A DNA stretch of 63,097 bases, filler included, from Folioceros fuciformis (taxonomy: Eukaryota), in the NCBI GenBank assembly GCA_049999805.1. It is 11 parts of 11 records of this genome, joined end to end, with 100 filler letters (N's around TTAATTAATTAA, not from the genome) between each part and the next. Parts side by side here need not be neighbours in the genome. Positions count along the whole stretch, not along the records: positions 29,760 to 39,851 come from JBNGIO010004862.1; positions 39,952 to 42,963 come from JBNGIO010004863.1; positions 43,064 to 50,817 come from JBNGIO010004864.1; 8 more parts are not named here. One strand, 5' to 3'. Made by a program: the position numbers and the translations under genes. The notes under the pieces were generated by a model that was not told where the DNA came from, did no database searches, and worked only from the letters and a program-made list of their open reading frames with translations. Positions 35,602 through 48,033 of the stretch are shown piece after piece; position 1 is the stretch's first letter, and each line of letters opens with the position of its first letter.

Positions 35602-38600
35602 TGTTCGCGTGTAGATAAAAGAAGGGAATTGAATAGAATGTCACGATACATGTCATATGAACTTGACCAGGTGACGGTTATTGATTGTAACCGTCACCTA
35701 ACCCCTAACCCTAACCTGAACTAATAAAAAGAAAATTAAATATAACCTGTCACTCCCACTCAGGTGCAGGGTTAGTATAGTCAAGTTATTTACATAAAGT
35801 ACTCTAACTTATAAGAAACTTGAATCAGGGTTCAGTCTTCATCTTCGTCTTTGTCTTCGTCTTTGTCTTCGCGCGCCGCCATCGCCTTGCCCTTCCCGAT
35901 TACTGGATCCGGAGCCGAACTCCACCTCAAGTCCTTGCCTGATGCGCGGAGTTCGAGCCCAGCTGCGTGTTGATAGTGCTTCACGCGTCCGAGCCCCTTC
36001 GTCAAGATGTCTGCTGTCATCAGCTCCGTCGGGCAATACTCAACTCTGACTGTTCCAGCATTTACAACTTCCCTTATGTAATGGTGCTGAATTTCTATAT
36101 GTTTGGTGCGCGCGTGGAACCTGGGGTTCATAGTCAAGGCTATAGCACTTTGATTGTCACAGAATAGAGTCACCGGTAGGGTCTGTGGTACACCAAGCTC
36201 GGTGAGCGCTCCCACTGTCCAGGTGACCTCCTTGCATGCCTCAGTGAGGCTCTTGTACTCAGCTTCGGTCGAAGAGAGCGCAATAGTCGGCTGCCTCCTG
36301 CTGCTCCAGCCAATGGCGCCTCCATCTAGCAGGGTAATGTAGCTGGAGATACTCTTCCTGCTGTCAGAGTCTCCGGCCCAGTCCGCATCGCTGTAGGCGA
36401 CCATTTGCAATGCTTTGTGTGCCTTTGAGCTATACAGGATGCCCCAGTCCACGGTGGCTGCAATGTATCTATACAGCCTCGTCATCAGATCATTATGCTT
36501 CGAATTTGGGTTGGAGACGAATCTTGAGGTCAGCCCGCTACTGAAAGCTAAATCAGGCCTTGTGCCTATCATAAGATGCATGACTGACCCGTTCTTGGAG
36601 GCATACTGATCCACGATGGCTGCTTCATCCTCAGGTATGCTTCCAACCTGAGCTTCGTACTTTGTGTTTTGTTCTACATGTGTAGAGATAGGCTTGCATT
36701 TAGTCATTCAATATCGTTCTAAGATTTGCATGGCATATTTTGTTTGATGCAGGAAAATTGTGCCCTCTTTTCGATTTCGCTGCAACTGCATGCCTAGACA
36801 GAAAGTAAGTGCCCCTGCTTCCTTGATCTTGAACTCACTGCTCAGCTGACGCTTGAGAATGAAGATCAGCCGAGGCGAATTAGTAAGGACTATGATATCG
36901 TCTACATATATGGCCAAAGCTATGAAGGAACCTGCTTCACGTCTCATGTATACATTGGTGTCAGCATTCAAGCTTGCGTACCCCAACTCGTGCAGGAAGG
37001 TATCTATCTTCCCAAACCATGCCTTTGCACTCTGTTTTAGACCGTACAGCGATTTGAGCAACTTACAGACTGGGTTTTGCAGGTCATGGGGGATGCTGAC
37101 GCCATCCGGTACTTGCATAAAAATGTCTTCTTGCAGGTTTCCATACAGAAAAGCTGTTGTGACATCAAGTTGCTCCAATTCGTAATCATTGACCGCGGCC
37201 AGGGCAATGAACAACCTGAGTGTGGTCAGCTTTACCACTGGGCTAAAGGTATCATCGTAATCTATTCCTGGAATTTGGGAGTAGCCTTTTGCAACAACTC
37301 TTGCCTTGTATCTCTCAATGGTGCCATTGAGAGATACACCCATCTGCTCCCTACTGCCTTTCTATTTGGTGGGAGACTGGTCAAGACCCAAGTCTTGTTC
37401 TCATATAGGGAGCTCAGCTCCGAGTCTATGGCCTTCTGCCACAACTGTGCATCTGGGCACGACAATGCATCCTTATATGTTGGAGGTTCATACCAAGCAG
37501 AATAGGAGGCCAAGCAATATGTTAAATGTGACTTGGGGTGCCTGAAATCTTCAGATTCGTAGAATTCAGGCTGCCTTCGTGTTCTGCTAGATGTCCTAGG
37601 CTCCAGATGTGCATGCTTTAATCTCCGTCTTTGCTGTGCAGATAGTTGTGACTGCGGAGGTGCTTGGAATCTGGTGCGTGTTTGTGGGCGTATAGACTGC
37701 GGTGCTGCAGGTATTTGTGGAGCTGCAGTCTGTGATGCTGGCAATGGCACAAGGACATCGCCAACAAGGATCTCCTGGTCCTCATCCTGTGAGTCTTCAT
37801 CTGAGAGCTGCCAGTCACCGACATCTGCTCCCACTGTATGCAAAGATTCTACACCTTCGACAAATACTACATCACGGGAGTGGACGGTTTGTCTAGTTTG
37901 CCTGTTGAGCAGCTTAAACCCCTTTACGCCTTCTGTAAAACCAACGAATATGAAGGGGCTTGACTTTGGCTCGAATTTTCGTCTGATGTCTTTAGGAATC
38001 TGTGCATACGCCTTGGAACCGAAGACACGCATATGAGATACACTAGGCTTGCTTCCCGTCCATAGCTCGTATGGCGTGGCACCAAGTACGGATTTGTAAG
38101 ATACTCGGTTCTGAATGTAGGCTGCATAAGCGACAGCTTCAGCCCAATAGCATTTGGGCAGCTGTGCATACTGTAACATGCTGGAGGCCATGGTTTCCAG
38201 ACCCCAGTTTTTGTTTTCGGTCACTCCATTCTGCTGTGGCGTATGCGGATTTGTAAACTGCCTGACAATGCCTTGCTGCTTGCAGAAGTTGAGGAAATCT
38301 CCTGCAATATATTCACCGCCATTGTCGCTCCTGAGGGCCTTCAGTTTGTGACCCGTTTGCAGCTCAGCCCAGTTAATGTACTCCAAGAAACAGGAGAAAG
38401 TAGCAGATTTACGGAGTAAGAAATAAACCACACAAAAACGTGTGTAATCATCTATGAACGTCAAGAAATACTCCTTGCCTCCGAGGGACTTCGGCAGGGG
38501 TCCACACAAGTCACTATGGACGAGGCCAAGAGGTGAAGTGGCTCTCGTTGGTGGATCAGTGGGGAACGAAGTCCGCTTGTGCTTGCCAAGGATACAGGCT

Positions 38601-39851
38601 TCACATTTGCCGAAGTCCTTGTGTTCATCTAAGGTGAGCCCGTCCACCATACACTTCTGGTGCATGTCAACAAGTTTTCTGAAATTGACATGGCCAAGTC
38701 TGAGATGCCAGAGATAGGTCCTGGAAGGCCGTATAGGTTGCGAGGAATTGGCTGCATTGGCTTGTGCTGACTGGAGGTCAAGGTGGTACAGGTCATCGGA
38801 CTCCAATTGTCCAGTAGCCAGAAGGTTGCCATCAGCTGTCTCCACTATGCATTTGCCTCCTCCAAAACAAACATAACATCCCGACTGGTCGATTGTCCGA
38901 ACGAAAACAAGGTTCTTTGTCAGGCCAGGTACGTACAGGACATCCGGAATTGCTATGTGCTGAGCTGGCTCCAGGTTAAGGTTTATGGTACCCTGTCCTT
39001 CAATTCTATGCTTGGTGTCGTCCCCAAGACATACATACTTAGCTGGCTCACTTTCATGCATTTCAGTGAAGTAGGAGGCATGCGGGGTCATATGTTGTGA
39101 TGCCCCGCTATCGATATACCAGGTATGCTCCTTCTGGCTGGCATAACAGGTGACCACATTGCATTGGGAATTGGAAACTTTTGTGGAGGCGGCAACAGGG
39201 GTGACAGGTGACACGTTGGAGAAGAAGGCACGACTATACTTGTTCATAGTAATAGCAAGATGTCCAGAGGGGCCAGAATGGCCACTTTCACCTGCCAACC
39301 GTTTCCTGCAGGTTTCCCATGAGTGGTTTGTCATACCACAGTGGCCGCATGGTGGTCTAGATCGGCCACCAGCAGAATTTTGAGGTCTGAAACCTCCTCG
39401 GCCTCCTCTGGCTCCTCGGCCTCCTCTCGTGAAAACTCCACGGCCTCTTTGGCCTCGACCCCGTCCAGGTTTGTTCAACCATAAGGCCTTGTCATTAGAA
39501 TACAGCGCTCTGTCGCTGTTAAGGCTAGTACTCGCAATTTTTTTTTCGGGACTCCTCAGTTAGCATAGCAGCTATCACCCTGTTTACAGTGATTGGGCGG
39601 ACTTCCTGCAGGCTGTGTACAACACCCGTCCAGGATTCGGGCAGCGTAGTCAGCAAGATTACTGCTACTAATTCTTCAGCCAGGTCAAAGCCAGCAGAGA
39701 TGAGCTTGGCTCTCCAGTTTCGGAAGTCAAGGACATGCTTGTCCACTGTATCCACCTCCGTCATTTTCAATCCTGCAAACTATTTTAGCACATAAGTTTG
39801 CAGCATCAAGTCCCTCGAGTCGTAGACTTCATTTACTTGTTGCCAGTATTG
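35602..39851 (-). mobile_element. Near-complete Ty1/Copia (same family as 3595-6760) with a short candidate 3' LTR at about 35602-35747
   Basis: Long ORFs at 37262-39478, 36708-37343 and 35832-36707. Shares the SEDFRHPKSHLTYCLA linker with the first copy. PPT-like GAGTGGGAG near 35755. Confidence 0.95.
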
Positions 39852-39951
39852 NNNNNNNNNNNNNNNNNNNNNNNNNNNNNNNNNNNNNNNNNNNNTTAAT
39901 TAATTAANNNNNNNNNNNNNNNNNNNNNNNNNNNNNNNNNNNNNNNNNNNN

Positions 39952-40706
39952 CCCGATCCAGTGATGCTTGCAATTTCTTCGAGATGCACCTGAACTCCAA
40001 TCTGCGAATTATCTTTGCTCCTTCCCGCTGACCAAAAAATTTGGATGCTGAACCAGGTTGGTGCGGGACGGAAGTCGGCAAAATAGCGTCAATTGGTGAT
40101 CGGTCGTAAGTTGATATCGGTCCCCCTCCACAAGCGCATCCGCGGCGAAAACAGTTAGCTGTCGTCGTCGTGATGGGAAAATGGTTGCGATGTTGGGGCC
40201 AATGTCCAGATTGAGCACGGCTGTATGAGGTGAGCACCGCGTCTAGCAACGGGGAAACTCCACATCTCAGCGCGTGTTTTTCTTGGTAGCCATACCGTAG
40301 GGACTCCGCTTGGTGAGCTCTCCTATGGTAGGCTCCCCGTCGCGGCATTGCTCATGTACAGGATCCAGAGCAAAGCTCTGATACCATCTCACAAAGTTGG
40401 CTTGTGCAGAAGCTGTCAATAGGATTGACTCCAGTCTACGTGCAAGTGTAGGAGAGGAGAGGAGAGAAGAGAGGGTGGTATTGGTGATCACAACCATGAA
40501 AACAATACACATCACCACTGTCTTACTATGGAGGTCCGAGGTCTCCATTTAAGTAGTACATTTAGGGCTACACAACTTACAGGTTCAATATGGGATAATC
40601 TACACTATCCTAAGTTCACTAATAACTAGAACTAGTCTAGTATGAACCCAACTGGGATAACTAACACCACATGAGTTTAGCTCATATAGAGCTCGATAAC
40701 TCAACA
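39952..40706 (-). mobile_element. 5' LTR (about 40387-40706), tRNA-iMet PBS (40375-40386) and leader
   Basis: gctctgatacca is present and the right end reads ...ctcaaca. Confidence 0.75.
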
Positions 40707-40854
40707 GAAGCTAGTTGAGAAACTATTATAATATATGAATTAATTAAATACAAACAATAGTTTGTTTAAATACAAATGGCGGTGACGTTTCGCTAATAAC
40801 TATTTAACCAAAAATGACTAAACCAGGTAGTTAATGTTTATCCTTATTTTAACA

Positions 40855-42140
40855 TTGCATTTCTATCATGCTGAAATTGTGTGCCTAAACACCAATGTAA
40901 CTCACCTAGGTCAAACATTTCGAACTCTTGTGAAAACAAGTGCTTAACCCTCATCAATAGAGGCATTGTGATGCTGGCTAGTATGCAGTCATGAAAGTAG
41001 AGGGCTAGGAACAGGTATGACTCCTCCTTGCCTGTAAGTATGTACACATTAGAGTCTGATTCACTTCGTTTGAATCCCATATTAATTAGAAATATGTCTA
41101 GTCTTTGGTACCATGCTGTGGGTGATTGTTTCAGTCCGTAGATAGCTTTTACTAACTTGCATACTTTGTCCTCCTGACCCTTTTTTTTAAAACCAGGTGG
41201 TTGGGACATATAAATGTCCTCCTTAAGATTGCCTTGCAAGAAGGCGGTCTTGACATCCATCTGGTGGATGAACATTGAGTAGAAGGCCACAAATGCAAAT
41301 ATTACTCTTAGAGATTGGAGTTTAACTATGGACGAAAATGTGTCGAAGTAGTCAACACCAGGTACCTGTGTGAACCCTCGAGCACATAGCCTGGCCTTGT
41401 AGCATTTGATAGAGCCATTCGCCTTCAATTTTCACTTGAAAACCCATTTATAGCTTATGATTTTTCTGCGTTTAGGTTTGTCCACTAGCACCCAAGTTTT
41501 GTTGTCCATTAATCAGTTGTACTCGGACTGAATCGCTTGTTCCCATTTTTCTTTATCAAGACCATTTCTAGCAGCCTCAATAGTCAAGGGATCAAGGCCA
41601 TCATTGGCCACTAGAAAGGCTTCAACTCCAGGGTCTTCTAGATCGTCTAGATCAGGTTCAACTGGAATATATTCATTCTCTTCTTCTAAACGTAAGTAAG
41701 AGAGATCAATGGGAGGGAACATCTTAGAGGACTGCCATTCAGCATCTGTGTATGGCTTTTCTGACCATTGAGACCTAGGAGGTCAATTTCTTGTTGATCG
41801 TTTAGGGGCTCCATTTGACTGAAAGCCTCTTGGTTGATTTACAGGAGGTTCAATTGTATGTTTAGGCTGTCCAACATCTAAGATGGGTTGACCAGCATTT
41901 AAATTAGGGGTTGTTGGTTGAATGAGAGCAGCTAGTGGCTGAGTAGGAGCAGCTCATGGCTGAATGGGAGCAACTGCATCTGGATCATTTGACCCCCTCA
42001 AGGTCACTACCTGAAGCATTGTGGGAAGAGTGGTGGCCTTGATTTGTGGATGTAGCTGGTACACCTTCACTGTCCTCAGGAAATTCTGCAGCATCAGTCT
42101 CTAAAGCAGGCTCATCAAAAAGCAATGTGGGCTCAGTTAG
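40855..42140 (-). mobile_element. Degenerate Ty1/Copia RT and linker
   Basis: Motifs YKARLCARGF, QMDVKTAFLQG and IYGLKQSPTAW. Confidence 0.9.
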
Positions 42141-42143
42141 AAT

Positions 42144-42963
42144 TGCTAACGCGGAAGCAGATGCATTGAAAATGATCTATTAGCAAATTAATTAGGTGGA
42201 TACAAAGGTAGGCCTTAAGCAGCAGTTTACGAAGGGTTGTGCCCTTTGACTAACCTGCCAGTTAAATAACTACACTTATAACTATGTCTAGTTAGGCTAA
42301 CCAACATAATACAGAACCACGTGGTCTGCCTTATATTCCAACTCTCCCTCTCAGACACGTGCTGATTGCTATTAGAAGAGAGCTCCTAAGTACAAACGGA
42401 GATCACTGCTGTTGACGCCAAGCTTTAAACATCTTCAAAACGGCTATCACCTAGAGTCGGTAGTCCTCACTCTTGTAGAGCCTGTAGTCTACAGGATCTC
42501 ACAAAGTAGAACACCACTACAGTGACCAGAAGAGAAGCATGCTAATTGCTTCATATCATCAACCTAAGTGACGGAATATTTGTGTAGTGAAAGGTCCTAC
42601 CAAATAAGTGATTTGTCTAGTGTCATGTATCTACTACAATCCACCAAACCAAGCCCTTCTCTGTGAAAACAGTGTTTGAACTTAGGCAAGGACTTGGTCA
42701 GGACATCTGTTGTGTTGTCGTTGATAGGTATATATTGAACCTTGACGATACCTCTCTCAGCAGTATCCCTAATATAATGATGTTGAATTTCTATATGCTT
42801 GGTGCGTGCATGGAAGACGGGGTTAGCAACCAAAGCAATTGCCGACATGTTGTCACAATGCAAGACTGTTGGCCCTTCTTGCTTCATACCCAAGTCTTCA
42901 CAAAGCTTCCTTTCCCACTCAGCCTCCTTAGTGGCTTCGGTGAGTGCCTTGTACTCAGACTCT
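42144..42963 (-). mobile_element. Ty1/Copia RNase H end, PPT (42344-42352) and 3' LTR (about 42144-42343)
   Basis: Motif CDNMSAIAL..HARTKHIEIQHH, plus a GAGAGGGAG tract. Confidence 0.8.
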
Positions 42964-43063
42964 NNNNNNNNNNNNNNNNNNNNNNNNNNNNNNNNNNNNN
43001 NNNNNNNTTAATTAATTAANNNNNNNNNNNNNNNNNNNNNNNNNNNNNNNNNNNNNNNNNNNN

Positions 43064-44300
43064 ATGGCTGTAGGAGGGACACAAAAGTTCGGCGATCAGG
43101 TCCATCAAAGTCTTCTGCTTGCATTGCCTGGCTCAATTTGTCCCACGCCCTGATCAGAAAATACTTGTCATCACACCATTCCATGTCACCAAACCTGCTT
43201 TTACCGAGCTTGTCGAACACACCAAGAGCATCGATATCGTCCAGCCTGCCATATCATGCTTACCAAACTCGAGGCATAGAACAACCATGCTTCATTCCAC
43301 GTTCTCCAATTTGTGGGTGAAACTGAGTCCAGAACTGGAGTATCCCACAGTAGAACGTGCAGCAGACACACAAATGGCGCAGGAGGACACCTGAATGCCT
43401 GACAAGTCATAGGGATGTACATACCAAAGTGCATCCCCATGTCTTGGTGAGCAATCAGCTTCACGTCAACCCCGAAACTCTGCTTTGGCCCCACGATTAT
43501 ATAGCCTGTTCTCTGCGCCATTTAAATGGCCTGCACACTCAAGAAGATCGATCAGTCATGCTATCGGGATGCTGAATACTTGGTTTCCATGCCATCCTAT
43601 TTAACCATGGATTCAAAGTGTTTGCAACCGCATTCAGTCCCTCACGACTCCCTGATCTTGAAAGGAAGTAAACGTAGCATCATCCGGCTCGCTACGGCGG
43701 TGAACATCCCCCAGAGTCAAGCTATCGCGTTCTGTGACCTCCATCACTAGTGCCACACAAAGCTATCAACGCATTCCATGTCTCCACATCCTTAGAAGCT
43801 AAGCTGTCAAATTCGCCAACTCTGCACACTTATTCACCGGGCAAGTGCCCCCAAGTACGTCATCTCCCTGTCCTCTTTCCAAAATCTGTGAAGCCAGCTG
43901 CCTGCCCTTAGGCCCTGCGCAGCTGCACTAAGGCTTGCTCTATTTGTCCACACTAACCCGAGCACCTCGTGGTTGCGAACATGCTGTGCACATCCAGAAT
44001 CGGAGCCGTTCATGCCGCCACATATTTCGTGTACAAGCTGTTAGGAACCTGGCTAGCATCTTCCAATTCGACTTGCCTGAATGCCAAGTAGACAAGTGGT
44101 GCCCATAGATGTGCTATCTAGCTTTCCTCTATCCACAGTCTGAGAGTGCAGCTGCCTGGCCTTCTGTACCGTACCAGCGCTTGCCAGGGCCTTCAGAAGA
44201 GAAATTGGCATGGTCATCAATAATCAGGCGCTCCTGTTCCGATTGCAGATAACAGTACACAAGCTTCTTGCGGAGCGTATGCTTGCGTACTCGTGCTTGT
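43064..44300 (-). pseudogene. Degenerate PLS-class PPR gene
   Basis: Broken motifs: LEDASQV..KYVAA*TA, DVETWNALIA, SSLVSM, VFDKL and AMQAEDFDGPDRRTFVSLL. Many frameshifts. Confidence 0.65.
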
Positions 44301-44662
44301 CACCCCTGGGTGACTTCCAACGAGTTCCCCAGTTTCTCCCCTGGAATTGTCTTCAGAATCTCTGCAACATGAGGGAGGAAGGCTGAACGGAGACTTGTGG
44401 AAGAAATCCGAAATCCTTGTGACTCAGGAGAGGCTGATATTCTTCGGACTCGCGGGAGTACATGTGCCTCCAGGTAAAGTTGCCCGCTAGGGAAGATCGT
44501 CGGTATGTTACTGCGGAACAAGTTACGTATGAATCAAAGGTTGACGACTTTGAGTCTAGAATTTGAATTGGGTACTAGGACACGACCTCGGTAGCCTGCT
44601 GCAGACGTAAATATATCTGTACTGGTATCCGGTAATCCTGGAAGGCGACGACGACCAGCGTA

Positions 44663-46546
44663 ATGAGGTTGTCGGGAGGTAACAGTAGCTTCTCTGACAG
44701 GGAGCGGGATAAGGACTGGGAGGAGCAGGAGGGCTTGATGAGCGAAGAGACGGGTCTGGGTAACAGAGTGGAATTGAAGAGGACCAAGGCAACTGCGCAT
44801 CACCTCAAGCTTCGGCCCCTAATAGTAGCCGTCGTTCTCACCGTCTTCTCCAGCTCACAGGTCAGTTGCGCTGATTCGTTATGTTCTTCACATTGCTATG
44901 GTTGAAGGCATGATGATTGATGTTTTGTGTGTCTTCTTGATCATGGCGTGTTCAGGGTATTCTCACCACTTTATCGCAGACCAATGGTAGCTACAGATAC
45001 GACTATGCTACCATTCCCTTTCTCAGCGAATTGCTCAAGGCATGGCTTCTTCCTTCACGCTAGAGGTGCGGTTTCTGGACTTTCGGTTCAAAAACTTCCA
45101 CTTTCAGTAACAATAGTCCTGGTACCTGTGTTCTTGGATGCTGCAGCTGCTGGTCTGTGTCTTCATGCTATGGAGGGAATATAGAACATCCCCCCCTGTG
45201 CGTATCACCACAGACTGGAAGAGCGTTCGTCTATTTGTCATTCCATCAATGATATACTTGGTGCACAACAATGTGCAGTTCGCAACCTTGACTTATCTGG
45301 ACACATCTACCTACCAAATTATGGGGAATTTGAAGATAGTCACGACTGGTATTCTATTCAGGTAGCTGCTTCTCTTGCGAACATTTTCTACTACTGCCCT
45401 GTAGCGTCCAGCATTGTGGCCCTGGGATTTTGACACTGTAGCATCGTTCAGGACATTCCTGAAGAGAAAGCTGTCGAATTTACAATGGATGGCTATCATA
45501 TTGTTTACTCTTGGCACTACAACAAGCCAGGTATTGAGATGTGAAACAAGGAGTTGACTGGACTCATGGGGGTCTGCTCGTAGGCTCTGGGAGTTCTCAT
45601 TGGAACCGTTTGTCCACTTTCCAGGTCAAGAGCTGCGGGGAAGCAAACTGTCAAGGACTACTGTCGTCACCATGGCAAGGTTATCTACTAGGCATTCTAT
45701 CAGCATGTCTGTCAGCGTCGGCAGGAATATACACCGAATTCTTGATGAAGAAGAACAACGACTCCCTGTATTGGCAGAATCTGCAGCTATATGCGTAGGT
45801 GCCTTCTGCAGTATCTGCTCTCCCTGATCAGAACTTCCCACAGGAATTACTATGGCTGCCCACCTTCTGCTGACTGTCCAGATTCTGAGAAAAGCCTCCT
45901 TTCATGTTCTGTAGAGAACTAATTTTCCGTCGTTGTCTGGATGTATAGATTTGGGGTTCTGTTTAACATGCTCCGGTTGACATGGGATGACATCGGAAGT
46001 GCATATGCAAAGGGAGCCTGGTGGTCCCGTCTTTTCTCTGGTTTCGACGTCGTGACTTGGCTGGTAGTGTTTAACCTCGCTTGGACAGGCCTACTGGTGT
46101 CATGGGTCATGAAGTACGCTGACAACATAGTGAAGGTACTACCAAATGCCCTCATATTTCCTTTTTGGGCACCCTCTTGAATGTTCTGGGCTTCAGTCTG
46201 CAAGCAAATCATTCTTTCTGACTTCCTCGTATGTAGGTCTACTCAACGTCAATGGCAATGCTCTTGACAACTGTCGTTTCCGTGTATTTATTCAACTTTG
46301 TGCCTACTCTTCAGGTCGGCAAGTCCTTGCAGTCCGTGAATCCTGAGTTCGTCACGTCATTGCGGTTCTGATTACCTTGTGTTTGGCTTGCAGTTATTTT
46401 TGGGTATCCTCATATGCGGTATGTCTTTGCAATTGTATTTCTCTCCTCCTCATATGCTCCTAGACCTTCCAGCCTCCCAATTCAAGGGAGGCACTGACGG
46501 TCCCGCTTTGCTTCCTGTAAGCTCAAAGAGCCCTGGAAGTTCTTGA
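44663..46546 (+). CDS. Nucleotide-sugar transporter, CMP-sialic acid transporter-like (SLC35A family), 8 exons
   Basis: Exons: 44663 (or 44738)-44860, 44956-45039, 45147-45361, 45452-45530, 45625-45794, 45949-46135, 46237-46314, 46394-46546. The spliced frame is intact, with YDYATIPFL, HNNVQF, YQIMGNLKIVTTG and MKYADNIVKVYSTS. Confidence 0.95.
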
Positions 46547-46904
46547 CTCGGCATGTAAGTTTTCACTATGCTCCATGTCCGAGCACTTGAATCAGTCCGA
46601 CACGGGGGAAAGATATGACGCATGCGAGTTATGGTGCTTCGTCTGTGAGTCATGGTGTTTCGTCTGCGAGTTTATGAAAGTGTGCCTGAAAGGATCTGCA
46701 CGACGGACTCCCCTGATCGTGGTGTACCTCGAAAATGGTTTTTCTTTAACTTTATCGTCCATACGTCGCAACTGTGCAGTTATCAAGTATTACGGGCTTG
46801 GTGTCATTTCTGATTAGTTCATTTCTAAGTACAAGTTTTAGTTACTTATTAGTGATTCATCTGCATTGTTTTTTTTAAATTTCGAATTCCTGAAGAGCTA
46901 TTCT

Positions 46905-47530
46905 AGTAACGCCCCCTTCCTTACGCAGCGTAAAAGGAAGCAACGGCCTCGAATCTCGTCTAAACACTCCGCAGCGCTCCACTTGCAATTCACTCACTCC
47001 CTCTCACACGACTCAGCACTAGGCTCCAAGTAGCCCGCCGTCCACTGACGACTCGCAGACCACCTCCTCTAGGTGCTGCTCTTTATTCCAGTTACTTACA
47101 AAAGAGTCTGGCGATCTACGCCCCACTGGCTACTGCCCTCGACTCTATCTGACAAGCTTGCTCTTCAAGCCCTCCACAGCTATGCCTCCAGGCTAGACTT
47201 CTCACTGTCTGCCTCTTTGTGTATCAGTGTATCACAGTATCCTTAAGACCCTAACACTGGCCTATTTATACTCCACAGCTAAGCCACTGCTAAAACTGGG
47301 AATGATACACACCACTCATCCTAGAATACTAGTGGTCATTACAACTCCATCCTTCTTAGGAGGTTTTGCCTGGAACACACATTTTGTTTCCAAAGGCAGC
47401 AAGAAGCATACTTGCTTCTTCATCAAGACAGCTCTAGATTTAGCTTTCACCTTTCTACTTTTAACTTTCACCTTATTTCATTTATGCCATTACTATTCTA
47501 GTAGTTCCTACCGGTAGAGTTGGTCTTTAA
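46905..47530 (-). mobile_element. Candidate decayed solo LTR
   Basis: Ends aGTAACGCCCC and GGTCTTTAa resemble TG...CA LTR termini, and TATAAATAG is on the minus strand. No TSD was found. Confidence 0.4.
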
Positions 47531-48033
47531 GGATTAACGGAAAATATGGGACTAGAAGCCAATTCACAATTGGACTCTTGCAAGGTTGGACTAAAAGTTG
47601 ACAACGTAGTTCAACCCCCCCACTGTGAAGGTCGTGGGAAGAAGTAGACAAAGAACTTTCCTCAACGCGATTGTTGGCCACGCGCTGTGATAGAGAGGAT
47701 CAGAGAGAGGTCGAAGCGAATGGGAATGAATTGGTCAGGGGAATGGAGTCACAGCTAACACCGCCCATTGTTATTAAATTCTAGTCAATGTTCCTAGGAA
47801 TCCTAGCCAACTTGGAACCGGGTCACTGGCCGGCAGTTGCACCGCGTCCCAAGTCACTAGTCGCGTACCCCACCTGCTGACCGCGTCCCGGCAAAGACGT
47901 CACCTTGCCGCGTACCCCATGATGTGCTGGGGGGAGGGGGGGGGTCATGAAAGAACAGTCATGGAGTCTTTCTTGATGAGACCGCATGAGTACTCCCTCA
48001 GCCCTGTTCCAAATTGATCACAAGTTTGGACCC

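Noticed and set aside
39538-39546. Possible programmed frameshift at an A-run in Copia gag
   Set aside because: The sister copy is in frame here (SRRKIA), so a homopolymer indel or sequencing error is more likely.
35602-40706. One complete Copia element with paired LTRs spanning the gap
   Set aside because: The LTR at 40387-40706 shows no visible similarity to 35602-35747.
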